Positions 19,698 to 30,784 of a stretch of DNA of 64,000 nt are shown here, one piece after another (the stretch's first letter is position 1; every line of letters starts with the position of its first letter). This DNA comes from Thecamonas trahens ATCC 50062 (taxonomy: Eukaryota > Protista > Apusomonadida). The notes under the pieces are model-generated. The model ran no database searches, was not told the origin of the DNA, and saw nothing but the letters and a program-made list of their open reading frames with translations. Made by a program: the position numbers and the translations under genes. Where the stretch lies: assembly GCF_000142905.1 (NCBI RefSeq), contig NW_013657613.1, positions 52,502 to 116,501 of the forward strand. Reading direction: 5' to 3'.

Positions 19698-21056
19698 TCA
19701 CGAGTAGTCGCCGGCGGCAAACTTGGCCTCGTCGTAAAAGGCGGCGAGGACGGTGCGATCGCCAAAGGTGCGGCCAGCGAGCTCGGCCGAGGCACGGGCG
19801 GCCTCGTCGGCTGATGCAAAGGCCACAAAGACCTTACCGATGCCCGGCGGATCGCCGCCATTGGGCCCGGTACCCGGCCGCGGAATGACGACCGAGGCGA
19901 CCGTGCCGTAGTTGGCTGCCTCCTCCTTGACGTCGAGCACAATGTCCTCGTACTCGTCAGGATCGAGGAGGTCGCCGCGGACCACCATGTTGAGCAGCAT
20001 CAGCACCGCCGTCGGCTGGATGACTGGGGCCGGGGTGGGTGCAGAGAGCGGTGCCATGTTGGCGCCGGTGGCAAAGGCGCTCGGGCCTGGGCCTGGCCTG
20101 GTCCCGCCGCCCGGCGGCTTGGAGAACCGGCAGATGAGCTGGCTACCAGAGACGGTCTTGCCGTCAAGCGCCGCGATAACCGCCGCGTTCTGCGACACGT
20201 CGCGAAGCTGGAAAAAGGCAAAGCCGCGCGAGTGGCCGGGCTTCTCGGCATCCGGCACAAGGTTCAGCGCCGCGAGAGGCGCGTGCTCGGCGACGAGGGC
20301 CATGACCTGGTCGCGGGTCATAGCCTTGTCCAACCCGCCGAGATAGATCTTGTGCGGCGACTCGCGAACGATGTCGGCCACAAACAACGGGTCGTTCCCC
20401 CCGTCCTGGCTAAAGTAGATCGGCGGCGGCGGCGGCGGGGCGCCTGGCGGCTGAATGTAGTCCTTGGGCCGAGAGATGCGCAGCGGGACGCCAAGGAAGG
20501 GAATGCCGTCTAGAGCCAGGGCGCGGGTGGTGACCTCTGGCGAGCGGAGCTCAACAAAAGCGAACCTGCGCTCCATCTTGAGGATGACGACGTTGATGGG
20601 ATCGGCGGCGTCGGGTGCCACCAGGCCGTGGCGGCGCATGGCCTCGCTCAGCAAGCCGCCCAGCGTATCCGCGGTCGTCTCGGGCGGCAAATTGCCCACA
20701 AAGACCCGTTTCAGCGCCCGCGGCACGTACATGGCCGTTCCCGCAGCCACCATGGCGCCCGGACGGGGAGCATGCCCGCCGGCCGTGGCCACCGCCGCCC
20801 CGCCTGGGTGGACCAGCACACCCACGTCCGACGCCTGGTGCGGCAAGAGGTCCCACATGCTCCCGCACAGCCCTGCACGCCGCCGCTCCCTCCGCCGCCG
20901 GCTCCTCCGCTCGCTCCCGCCCTCTTCCCTGCCTCCGTCCCCGTGGCCGTCTCCGTCTCCGTCTCTGTGTCGGTCTCCGTCTCGCTCCCTGTGGCCGTGC
21001 CCTCCGTGGACTGCCCCGCCTGCTCCGCCTGCTCCGCCCTCGGCTGCTGTGCTCAT
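19698..21056 (-). CDS. U2AF2: Splicing factor U2AF large subunit (U2AF65)
   Basis: Arg-rich N-terminus + SMWD ULM, RRM1 (RVFVGNLP/FAFVELRS), RRM2 (KIYLGGL/SRGFAF), UHM (PTAVLMLLNMV...GKVFV...GRTFGDRTV). Confidence 0.95.
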   Translation of the reverse strand: MSTAAEGGAGGAGGAVHGGHGHRERDGDRHRDGDGDGHGDGGREEGGSERRSRRRRERRRAGLCGSMWDLLPHQASDVGVLVHPGGAAVATAGGHAPRPGAMVAAGTAMYVPRALKRVFVGNLPPETTADTLGGLLSEAMRRHGLVAPDAADPINVVILKMERRFAFVELRSPEVTTRALALDGIPFLGVPLRISRPKDYIQPPGAPPPPPPIYFSQDGGNDPLFVADIVRESPHKIYLGGLDKAMTRDQVMALVAEHAPLAALNLVPDAEKPGHSRGFAFFQLRDVSQNAAVIAALDGKTVSGSQLICRFSKPPGGGTRPGPGPSAFATGANMAPLSAPTPAPVIQPTAVLMLLNMVVRGDLLDPDEYEDIVLDVKEEAANYGTVASVVIPRPGTGPNGGDPPGIGKVFVAFASADEAARASAELAGRTFGDRTVLAAFYDEAKFAAGDYS

Positions 21057-21339
21057 CTCACACTCGCTGCGCACTGCTATCTGCCGAGCCTGATGCTTTT
21101 TCCCTGTCGAGAGCAGTGGTGGCCGTAGTGGCCGTGGTGGCCGTGGTGGGGCGCGACTTGCTGCTCGCTGCTGCCGCCCACTCCGCAGCTGCTGCTCGCT
21201 GCTGCTGCCCACTCGCAGCTGCTGCTGGCCACTTGCTGCTGTCGGTCACTCGCCAGCTCACCATCTCGCACTGTTTCATTCCCCGCCCTGCGCCCACCCA
21301 CTAATCGCCCCAATACTCACCACTCGCCCAATAACCATC

Positions 21340-21468
21340 ACATCATGGTCATGGTCATGGTCATGGTCATGGTCATGGTCATGGTCATGGTCATGGTCAT
21401 GGTTGTCATCACCATCATCATCATCATCACTATGGCCATCATCATCATCACGGTCATGGCCATCATGA
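21340..21468. repeat. (CATGGT)n / (CAT)n microsatellite upstream of U2AF65
   Basis: Direct reading. Confidence 0.9.
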
Positions 21469-21860
21469 CGCGGCGGAAGGAAGCAAATCCAGCGCCGACA
21501 GCCGGGCGGGTGACGAATCCGATGCTGGCGCGCGAGCCGGTCTGTGGCTCGCCAGACAGCGGCTCGGTGCCAAGCGTGTCGAGCTCGCTTTCAGTGCCAA
21601 ACGTGCCGCTCGCTGTCATCGCCGCGGCGGCCATGACACCAACCGGTCTAAAGGTGTGGTCCACAAACATGCCGGCGTAAGAACTGCAGCCGTCGCGGCG
21701 GGCATGATGCAGGCAAGTGTGCCTCATACAGCCGCGCTGCCAGCAAGTGCGCCGGCGAGCACGCAAGGAGGAACACACCTGCGTTGGCCTTTGTGGCTGG
21801 CAGATCACTTGGCGCAGTCATCGAGCTGCTGCACAGACCACAGTGGGCATCAACTCACGA

Positions 21861-22904
21861 CTAAGTCGCCTCGACAGGATCGACGACGTGCCGGCGACGG
21901 AACTCGGAAAGGTCGAGGGTGGTGATGAGGCCGACGTCGCGATAAGGAGCGTTCTTACCAAGGAGCGCGCCACGCATCCGGGCAACACATGACGAGACGT
22001 GCGGCGTGCCATCGGATGCGGCAGCTGTCGGATGCGAGCCGAGATCCTTGACCATGTCACGAAAGATGGGGACGAGGGCGTCATCAGCGAGGCCATCAAA
22101 GAGGAGGACAAACTCAGAGCGGACGATGAGGTCATGCCGCGTGAGCTTGGAGTACATATACCGCAAGAGCTGTGGCGAGAGGTCGACAAGCGAGACAATG
22201 ACGTTAAACTTGGCGCCCTCTAGGGCGGTCCACACCGCATCGTCCTGAACGTCACCAGCGTAATAGGCGAGGGTGTTGTCCTTGGGCTTGTACACGTAGC
22301 GGGTGACAGTAGCTGGCGCACCGTGTGATCGCGGCGATTTGTATCCGAACGGCAACGCCGGCGGGCCAAGCTCCTGGGCGACTGTGGAACGGGTGAGGAA
22401 GCGCTCGAGCGTCGGGTTGATGTCTTCGATGCAGAGAGCGGTAAGGGCGGCCTGCGAGTGGAGATTGAGCAGCTGGAAGACCGACTTGCCAACCTCGTCG
22501 CCGATGACCAAGACCGAGAGCGGCTCGTAGAGATAGAGCGTGAGATAGGAGAGGACATCGGTGAGGACCGGCTCGCGGCCGAGGTCTCGATCGAGGAGCA
22601 GGACGGCATCGGCATCGAGGCCGTAGCCTGTCAGGCTCTGGGCGAGCACCTCGGAATCCATCCATTGATCAACTTTGGCCAGAGCCTTCCGATTGGCTTC
22701 GACAACAAAACCGAGTGTCCGTCTCCGCTCCGGCAACAGCGATGGCGCATAGCCATCGTCCAGCGACCGCTGCACGCCCCATGCATTGGACAGCTCGTCG
22801 AGATTGTTGACAAAGGTCGCCGGCTCGTGGTCGACCAGCAGCGTCCACCATGCCGCAAACGCCACCGTCACCACCACCGCCGCCACTCCGCGCGTGCGCC
22901 GCAT
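21861..22904 (-). CDS. Type II membrane protein with a degenerate class I methyltransferase-like domain
   Basis: Short basic N-terminus + TM helix. SVLVIGDEVGKS, YYAGDV and FNVIVS resemble Rossmann methyltransferase motifs. Strong codon bias. Confidence 0.6.
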   Translation of the reverse strand: MRRTRGVAAVVVTVAFAAWWTLLVDHEPATFVNNLDELSNAWGVQRSLDDGYAPSLLPERRRTLGFVVEANRKALAKVDQWMDSEVLAQSLTGYGLDADAVLLLDRDLGREPVLTDVLSYLTLYLYEPLSVLVIGDEVGKSVFQLLNLHSQAALTALCIEDINPTLERFLTRSTVAQELGPPALPFGYKSPRSHGAPATVTRYVYKPKDNTLAYYAGDVQDDAVWTALEGAKFNVIVSLVDLSPQLLRYMYSKLTRHDLIVRSEFVLLFDGLADDALVPIFRDMVKDLGSHPTAAASDGTPHVSSCVARMRGALLGKNAPYRDVGLITTLDLSEFRRRHVVDPVEAT

Positions 22905-23145
22905 GGAGTGGGTGTATGAGAGGGGTGTATGAGGAGGGGGGGGGGGGGGGGTNNNNNNNNNNNNNNNNNNNNNNNNNNNNNNNNNNNNNNNNNNNNNNNN
23001 NNNNNNNNNNNNNNNNNNNNNNNNNNNNNNNNNNNNNNNNNNNNNNNNNNNNGGGGGGGGGGGCGGTCAGGGGGGCGTGGCATACGTTGGAAGGCTGGCG
23101 ATGCGTGTGGCATGTTACGAGAATGCGGCATGCGATGGATGTGTG

Positions 23146-23400
23146 CTACTGCTGGCTGGCATGGTGCTCCTCCAGCCGAGCCACCAGCGCAGCCTTGCGG
23201 CCCTGTGCAGAGAGGCCAAGCTTGGTGCACTCCTCGCGGAGATCGCGGACAAGCATCTTGGAGTAGTCCTGTGCCTCCTCCGCTGGCTGTGCCTCCTGCG
23301 CCTCTGCACCCTGCGCCTCTGGCACGGTAGGCTCAGCGACGTCCATGTCCTCCTGGCTGGTGAGCTGGGTAGGCTCGGCGGCGATGGGCTCGGCTGGCTG

Positions 23401-23443
<43 letters not shown>

Positions 23444-26400
23444 GGCTGGGCAGGAACAAGGTCCATGGCGGAGACGCCGTCGTCAAAGCCAATTCCGCCA
23501 TCACCGATGCGCTCTGGAAGCGCCTCGTCGTCGTCGTCGTCGTCGTCGTTGGCGGCGTCCTCGGCGAGGTCGGCGTCGGCGTCAAGCGCGTCAACGTGGA
23601 CGACCTTGCGCGGGCCGAGGCGGCCAAAGACTGGGTCCATAAAGGCAAGCGCGTTCTCGACCATGCTGCGGACCTCGGGTGCCTCGCACTCGACCTTGGA
23701 GGCGACAGTGGCCGAAGCTGAGACGGTGACGGTGACTGCGATGTCGCGGACGCGGAAGGAGATCTGGGCAGCGTCGATGTCGACAGTCATGGCGCCAAAG
23801 CGGTCAGCGAGGAGGGTCTGGTACGTGTCGAGCCGTGCGGAGAGGGTCTTTTCCTGCTGGGCGATGGCGGCAGCGTGGGCCTCGTGGTCGTGGTCGTCGT
23901 CGCCGTGCGAGTGAGCGCCGGCGGCCGACGTGAGCTTGATGGCCGATGGGTTTGCAGCGATGCCTGCGAGGACGGCGACGACGGCGTCTGCAAGCGCGTC
24001 GTTGACAGCGGTCGACGGCCACTGGACGGTGATGGTGCCCTTGGCGGCGTCGTGGACAAGAGTGACAGCCGAGTGGATAACGACCCGCGACCGGAGCTCT
24101 TCGGGCGCTCCCACCTCTGTCGCTGCACCGGGCTCGACGAGCTCGAGCACAACGGGATCAAAGACCGAGGCGAGGTAGTGTGCGGCGAGGGCAAAGGTGC
24201 CGGCGAAAGGCACGACCAGCGTCTGCGAGATCGACGCGGTGGTGAGGTGTGAGTAGTTGGGCAGGTCAGCGCCGGTCATGATGAGGTGGTTGAAATCCTT
24301 GCGGACAATGAGGCCCGAGACGGCCTGGCCGGCCTTGGGCCGCTTTCGAGCAAGCTGGCCGACCGACTTGGCCACCTTTTCACCGGAAAAGTGAAGCTCA
24401 ACGACGTCGCAGTTCTTCGGGGTGAGGATCTCAAGCTCGAGGTCAGCCAGGTCGCGGTCGAGGCCTTCCTTCAGCTTCTGCATCTGGTTGGCATCGCCGT
24501 GAACGAGGACAACGTGGGCGGGCTTGAGGCGGGCCACAAAGTCGCGAGTGCCTTCGTAGTCCGAGTGGGCCGAGAACGAGATGTACTCGACCGACATGCT
24601 GAGTGGGACGGTGCGACCCGAGAGGGTGGTGATGGTCGGCGGCATGGACATGATGTCCTTGGCGAGAGTGCCCTCGACGCAGTAGCCGGCAAGGATGACA
24701 CAGTTGCGGCGGTCCGAGCACCATGACTCGAACAGCTCGCGCGAGGTGCCCGACTGCAGCATGCCGGGCGTGGCCATGACGACCGACGGGCCGACGTCGT
24801 CAAAGTCGCGGATGGAGCGCAGGTTGGAGATGTGGTTGAACCGGAACGGGTTGCGGACGTGGTGAACGGCCCGGATACGCTCATTCATCATGTTGATGTA
24901 CGTCTGGTAGATGTTCATGCACTGCGAGGCCAGCGCCGACGTGTAGTACACAGGAATGTTGGCCAGCTCGGCGTGCGAGTCCCAAAACTCTTCCAGGATG
25001 AGTAGCAACTCCTGGGCGCGCCCGAGGGCAAAGACCGGAAGAAGAACACGCCCGCCGCGGCGGACAGCGTTGTAAATGGCGCCGGTGAAGCGCTTCTCGC
25101 GCGTCTCGCGCGGCTCATGGATCTGCCGGCCGTACGTGGCTTCGACAATGAGCACGTTGGGCTTGTCATCAGGCACCTCGGCCGCCATCAGATGCCGGTC
25201 CTCGACCCGCGAGTAGTCGCCGGTGTAAAGGATCTTGACGCCGGCAATCTCAATCATAAACATGGCCGCGCCGAGGACGTGCCCGGCGTTGTACGCCCAG
25301 AACTTGATTCCCTCCACCTCGAGCTGCTGGTGGTAGTTGAGCGTATCGATCTTCTGCATCGACGCCGCAAGATCCTGCTGATCATACAGCATCTCCTCCA
25401 CCGCCACGTTGGAGACCTTGACAAAGTCCTGCAGAATGACCCGATAAACAGCCTTGGTTGCGTGCGTCATGTACACTGGCGCCGCAAAGTCGGTCTTAAA
25501 CAGAAGGTACGGCAGCGCCGCTGCGTGGTCGAGATGAAAGTGCGAGACAAGCAGCAGGTCGACCTCGGCCAGCTCGACCTCGTCAAAGAACGGCAACGAC
25601 GCCATGCCGGTGTATGCGGGATGGACGCCGCAATCGAGCTATTCACCGAGCCGATGTCGCAGTCGCGAGTCACCGCCCAGCCAGCAAGCAGCCAGCCAGC
25701 AAGCAGCCAGTCACGCCAGAGTGGCAAGCCAGCCACACCAGAGCAACAAGCCAGCCAACCAGAGCAACAAGCCAGCCAACCAGAGCGACAAGCCAGTCAA
25801 CCAGGCAACAAGCCAGCCAACCAGAGCAACAAGCCAGCCAACCAGGCAACAAGCCAGTCAACCAGGCAACAAGCCAGCCAACCAGAGCAACAAGCCAGCC
25901 AACCAGGCAACAAGCCAGCCAACCAGGCAACAAGCCAGCCAACCAGAGCAACAAGCCAGCAAGCAAGCAGCCAGCCAGCAACAAGCCACAGCGACAAGCC
26001 AGCCGAGAGCGAGGCAGAGACCACAGCATACACACACAGCCACGGTGAGTCCCCCCCCCCCCGCACACACCACACACCACACCACCCTCGGTGANNNNNN
26101 NNNNNNNNNNNNNNNNNNNNNNNNNNNNNNNNNNNNNNNNNNNNNNNNNNNNNNNNNNNNNNNNNNNNNNNNNNNNNNNNNNNNNNNNNNNNNNTCAGGA
26201 GACAGCCACCGGTGAGTACCCCCCCCCCCCCCACCCCCCACCACACACATACCATACCCCACACACCCTCTATGCACATACCATAACCGTCTTGCCCTTG
26301 AACTTGATGACATGGCAGGAGCGACCGACCTCCCCTCCGGCACCCAGCGGGGTGATGGTCAGCAGGTCCGAGTCGGCACCAGGGACGGCCACCGACGTGG

Positions 26401-26506
26401 CTCCCGTGTCCATGCCCACCACAATGTCAGCGGCAGGGAACATGCTCTCCGCATTCATGTCATCAAACCGCCGCTTCACGCCAGAGCTGCTCGAACTCGC
26501 AGCCAT
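23146..26506 (-). CDS. CPSF3: CPSF73 pre-mRNA 3'-processing endonuclease with C-terminal SAP domain; exons 26506-26282 and 25638-23146
   Basis: TPLGAGGEVGRSC | LDCGVHP, SHFHLDH, AGHVLGAAMF, YTGDYS, PVFALGRAQEL, FSAHSD, LVHG. GTATGT donor at 26281 and TAG acceptor at 25639 join in frame. Confidence 0.96.
25677..25990. repeat. Degenerate 19-21 bp repeats (AGCAACAAGCCAGCCAACC) in the CPSF3 intron
   Basis: Direct reading. Confidence 0.85.
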
Positions 26507-26813
26507 CTTCCGCTCTGGACAATGTGAGTTGGGTGGTGTCACCCAAGCCGGTTGCCCGCTGCCCGCTGCCCGCTCTCGGCTGCCGGCTGCCCTCTGTCCT
26601 CCTCCTCCTCCTCCGCCACACCGCTGAGGGCCATATCGGTGGCCAGCTGCCAGCCATTCATTCGCGCACTCTGGACGATCTCCTGTATGGGGATGATCAG
26701 ACTCATACGTGGCGGAAGACGGACGCTGAGAACCGGGGGTCGACCAGGGTTTTACTCGCTTCGCTCTGCTTGCAAGTGACGCTACGCGGACCGAGCGAGC
26801 GCAAGTCGCACAA

Positions 26814-27941
26814 CTAAGCGTATGACGTACGCTTGTCAAAGTCGGGAGCCCACCAGTAGTCACGATTGGTGACGTACGGAGCGATGAGCGTCCAGCCGTA
26901 GATGAGGGCGGTGACCCAGGACGAGGCGATCTTGATCCAGGACGAGGCCCATGACGAATCGACCTCGAGCTCCTTGGTCGTCTCGCCGATCTCCCAGTTG
27001 GCAAGGACCATGGCAACGTAGCAGGCGGCAAGGGCAAAGACCAGGTGGAAGTACGGTGGGGTGTAGTCGAGGTGCTCGTTCTCGATCTCGTCAAAGGGGT
27101 CGTCGGCCTCGCGCGAGGCGGCGCGGAAGGCCGAGTAGACGCAGACGAGGAGGGTGAACATCATGCCGAGGAACTGGATCCACTTGTCCGAGGCCTCCGA
27201 GTCAAAGAGAGTGTTGCACTGCCACGAAGCGGTCTGCGGCTGCGACTGGAGGGCGGACCAGCAGAGGTAGCAGAGGTAGAGCGAGACGAGCGACGATGTG
27301 AGCGGGGTGGCAAAGGGGATGCGGAAGACCGGGATGGTGAGGATGATAGCGAGGAGCAGGGTAACGGTGATCCAGGCCACGTTGGTCCCGCATCCAGACT
27401 TTGAGGCGTAGAAGGCGTACATGACGCCGACCAGCCCAATCGCGGCGGTGTACATGGCCAGCGAGGCTGCGACCAGCCGAGGGAGCGACTCGTCGGTCAT
27501 GTTCCAGTAGTAGGAGAAGAGGATGATCATGACGACTTGGATGAAGATGTAAAAGGTGGAAGCGATGCGTGCAAAGTGGGCAAAGCCAATGAACATCGCG
27601 TTGGGCATGAAGAGGGTGAGGACAAAGAGGCCGATCTGGAGGAGGAACTTTGCGATGAGCCAGCCGTCGTGCGGAGCTCTACGGATGTCGTCCTCGGGAT
27701 TTGTGTATCCAATCATGGCCACACCAATGAGGGCATGAAAGACAAAGAGCATGAAGCAGACACGATAGACAATGAGGACACCCACGCACTTATCACACTC
27801 CAGATCGACGGCAGGCAGTCCCGACAGCGTATCCACTGCATAGTCGCGGAGGATGGCGGCGACGGCTACCCACACAAACAGCAGCAGGGTGTAGCCCAGC
27901 CGGGTCTTGGTCGTCGACTTAATGTTTGAGTACGTGGACAT
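26814..27941 (-). CDS. SERINC: Serine incorporator (Serinc/TMS1) membrane protein
   Basis: TRLGY, CVGVLIVYRVCF, HDGWLIAKF, SSLVSLYLCYLCWSALQSQP, FHLVFALAACYVAMVLANW, WIKIASSW...YGWTLIAP. Confidence 0.93.
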   Translation of the reverse strand: MSTYSNIKSTTKTRLGYTLLLFVWVAVAAILRDYAVDTLSGLPAVDLECDKCVGVLIVYRVCFMLFVFHALIGVAMIGYTNPEDDIRRAPHDGWLIAKFLLQIGLFVLTLFMPNAMFIGFAHFARIASTFYIFIQVVMIILFSYYWNMTDESLPRLVAASLAMYTAAIGLVGVMYAFYASKSGCGTNVAWITVTLLLAIILTIPVFRIPFATPLTSSLVSLYLCYLCWSALQSQPQTASWQCNTLFDSEASDKWIQFLGMMFTLLVCVYSAFRAASREADDPFDEIENEHLDYTPPYFHLVFALAACYVAMVLANWEIGETTKELEVDSSWASSWIKIASSWVTALIYGWTLIAPYVTNRDYWWAPDFDKRTSYA

Positions 27942-28061
27942 ACTCCTTCGCCTCCCTTCTCCACCTGACCGCCGTCCTCTGTGAGTCGCGTCTGCCGCTC
28001 CCTTGCCCCTCTCCTTCCCTTCTGTGAATCGTCTCGGCGTTGCTCGAGACGAGCCAACGCC

Positions 28062-28398
28062 TATCCCCCTACGATTACTGCAACAACAGCCATTGATTAT
28101 CCCCCCTACGATTACTCCAACAACAGCCATTGATTATCCCCCCTACGATTACTCCAACAACAGCCATTGAATATCTCCCCTACGATTACTCCAACAACAG
28201 CCATTGATTATCCCCCCTACGATTACTGCAACAACAGCCATTGATTATCCCCCCTGCGATTACTCCAACAACAGCCATTGATTATCCCCTACGATTACTC
28301 CAACAACAGCCATTGAATATCCCCTACGATTACTCCAACAACAGCCATTGATTATCCCCCCTACGATTACTCCAACAACAGCCATTGATTATCCCCCC
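28062..28398. repeat. About 37-bp minisatellite x9 (CCCCTACGATTACTCCAACAACAGCCATTGATTAT) between divergent Serinc and sirtuin-like genes
   Basis: TACGATT core at 28070, 28107, 28144, 28181, 28218, 28255 (variant), 28290, 28325, 28362. Confidence 0.95.
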
Positions 28399-28489
28399 GC
28401 CAACCACGACCTAGCTCCCCCACACCAGCCACACCCACACCCACCCCTCCCCACCACACACCCCACCACACCCACTCGCCGCGAGAAGC

Positions 28490-29704
28490 ATGTCAGCACT
28501 CGGGCGTGCGCGGGGATTCGGAGGAGGGAAACTGCCGCCGGCAGAGAGTGTGGCATCGGCCAGCGAGGTCCGGAGCCAGCTGGCGGCCGTTGGCGACGCT
28601 CTCGCTGCCGCCCGCCACGCCGTGGTCTTTACGGGCGCAGGGCTGTCGACGGCTGCCGGGCTGGCGGACGTCTCTGGGCGGCGCGGACATGCCAATCGAG
28701 CGTATGAGCGGAAGACTGCTCGCAAGCTCCGCCCATCGGGGTACGAGCACCCGACCATGGGCCACATGGCCCTCGCCTCGCTGGTGGGCGCAGGCATCGT
28801 CCGCCTCATCGTCTCCACCAACGCTGATGCCCTCCACGCAAAATCGGGCGTGCCGGCTTCCAAGCTTGCCCTTCTCCGTGGGACGGCGACCGATCTCGAG
28901 ATGGAGGCCTTTGCCAAGGCTGCGCCGGGTGCTACGGTGGCCGAGCGGGAGACGCTTGCCGGTCTCATCGCCACCAATCCGCGGCTCTCGCAGCTCCGCG
29001 TCGAGCTGGAGAACAAGGTCCTGTGCGTCGACGAAGTGGAGCGGACACTGGCACATGTGGATCGTGCGGATGTGGTGGTGGTGGTTGGCTGCGGCATTGC
29101 TGCCGCTGTCCACGAGCACCTCCTCGCCGGTTTTGACGGCGCGCTTTTCATCATTGGCCTCCAGGAGAGCGTGCTCGATGACGCAGCTGACGACGTCATC
29201 CGGTGCAACGCTGACACGGCGCTTGTCTCGCTGGTCGCCGCCCTCGATGTGCCGCTCTCGCGGTACGTGGTCCGCATGCCAGCGGTGGTCACCGCCACCC
29301 TCCTCCAGGAGAAGCCGCACGGCAAGACAGCGGGCAAGCGCCATTGGCGAGTCTCGGTCTCGTCGGAGATGCGCGGCCCGCTCGATGTGGAGGAGGTGCT
29401 GTTTGAGGTTCCTCGCGGCATGGATGGTCCGCAGCATGTGCTCGTCAATGCAAATCCGTTTGAGCTGGTGTGCAGTGGCAAGGGCCCGGCCGGCGAGGTG
29501 GTCGTCACCCTCTTCTTCCGGCGATGCGAGGCCGAGGACTTCCCACCGTACCCACCGGTCTCGCTCGCACACGCCCTGCCGGACAAGGTCGGCGTGACAG
29601 CCATCCGCTATCTCCTCGAGTTTGATCCGCTCACCTCGCAGTGGCAGTGCTACGACATGGGCAGCGGCGGCTCGCTCACCGTCCCGCTCTCCATCTTTGA
29701 CTGA
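28490..29704 (+). CDS. Degenerate class IV (SIRT6/7-like) sirtuin fused to a YEATS-like domain
   Basis: VVFTGAGLSTAAG, PTMGHMAL, STNADALHAKSG, IIGLQ...D..AD..I. C-terminus HWRVSV...VEEVLFEV...NPFEL...VVVTLFF. Confidence 0.75.
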   Translation: MSALGRARGFGGGKLPPAESVASASEVRSQLAAVGDALAAARHAVVFTGAGLSTAAGLADVSGRRGHANRAYERKTARKLRPSGYEHPTMGHMALASLVGAGIVRLIVSTNADALHAKSGVPASKLALLRGTATDLEMEAFAKAAPGATVAERETLAGLIATNPRLSQLRVELENKVLCVDEVERTLAHVDRADVVVVVGCGIAAAVHEHLLAGFDGALFIIGLQESVLDDAADDVIRCNADTALVSLVAALDVPLSRYVVRMPAVVTATLLQEKPHGKTAGKRHWRVSVSSEMRGPLDVEEVLFEVPRGMDGPQHVLVNANPFELVCSGKGPAGEVVVTLFFRRCEAEDFPPYPPVSLAHALPDKVGVTAIRYLLEFDPLTSQWQCYDMGSGGSLTVPLSIFD

Positions 29705-29711
29705 CATGACA

Positions 29712-30398
29712 CTACACATGGGAGCCGCCCTTGGCGTGACCTGCTGCTTGGTACGGCGGCAGGTCGCCGCGCTGCTCGACCCACTGGTCGCCGCCGGTGA
29801 CCGGCTGGGCGGTGACCGGCTGGGCCATGACCGGCTCGGCGGTGACCGGTTCGGCGTAAGGGACCGGCTCGGCGTAGTAGACCGGAGTCGGCTCGGCGGC
29901 GGAGCCGTCGACAAAAACGACACCGGCCGGGCGGGCAACTGGCACGCCTGCCGAGCGGGCCTCGCGCTCCTGGATGATAAACGCAGCGCGAGCCTGCCAG
30001 ACGTAGAGGACAGCAATGAGCTCTGCGGTGAGGAAGCATGACTCGATCAAGAACATGGCCCACTCGAGCAGCGAGTCAGCGTTGAACAGCATGTCAAGGA
30101 CAGAGATGCCGGTGACAATGGCGAGGATAAAGGCCACAATGCCCCACAGCGAAATCTTGGGCTCTCTCCTCAGCAGCGCCGATTGGAAGCCAATGGCGTT
30201 AAAGGCAGTGAGGACAAAGTACGAGATTATGAGGATGATCATCATCAAAACCTTGCCCACCCGTGGCTTGGACTCCTCATCAAATGAGACCCTGCCCTCG
30301 CGCAGCAGGTAGACGCAGAGGAAGATCGTGGAGATGGTGCCACAGATCTGCATTGCCAGTGGCGACATGTTCATGTTGGCGTTATTGTCCGTGACCAT
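29712..30398 (-). CDS. Four-TM hypothetical membrane protein with a P/V/A-rich tail; upstream exon(s) possible at 30922-31340
   Basis: Four hydrophobic segments, EPVxA repeats. A GTATGG donor after ...IIAMQ near 30922 suggests more exons that I could not join. Confidence 0.6.
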   Translation of the reverse strand: MVTDNNANMNMSPLAMQICGTISTIFLCVYLLREGRVSFDEESKPRVGKVLMMIILIISYFVLTAFNAIGFQSALLRREPKISLWGIVAFILAIVTGISVLDMLFNADSLLEWAMFLIESCFLTAELIAVLYVWQARAAFIIQEREARSAGVPVARPAGVVFVDGSAAEPTPVYYAEPVPYAEPVTAEPVMAQPVTAQPVTGGDQWVEQRGDLPPYQAAGHAKGGSHV

Positions 30399-30503
30399 AA
30401 CAAGAGAGAGACGACGTTATCCGTGAGCGTGAGCAGACGTAGCCCGCCATCACATCCCCATCGTCATCACCACAGTTCATGTTGTTGCAAGCATTCGTGT
30501 CAT

Positions 30504-30784
30504 CGTCGTCGCCGCCAGGTCGTCGCCAGGTCGTCGCCAGGTCGTCGCCAGGTCGTCGCCAGGTCGTTACCGTCATCGTCCACATTGTCGTCGCCAGGTT
30601 GTCGCCAGGTCGTCGCCAGGTCGTCGCCAGGTCGTTACCGTCATCGTCCACATTGTCGTCGCCAGGTCGTCGCCAGGTCGTCGCCAGGTCGTCGCCAGGT
30701 CGTTACCGTCATCGTCCACATTGTCGTCGCCAGGTCGTCGCCAGGTCGTCGCCAGGTCGTTACCGTCATCGTCACCGTCGTCCA
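30504..30784. repeat. Higher-order repeat: (GTCGTCGCCAG)n blocks separated by GTCGTTACCGTCATCGTCCACATT
   Basis: Direct reading, about 4 higher-order units. Confidence 0.9.

Noticed and set aside
21338-21850. Short minus-strand ORFs upstream of U2AF65
   Set aside because: Partly microsatellite with no recognisable domain; may be a relic but unsupported
28062-28398. CRISPR-like appearance of the 37-bp array (also 30504-30784 and 55981-56249)
   Set aside because: Head-to-tail units without unique spacers, eukaryotic context, no cas genes
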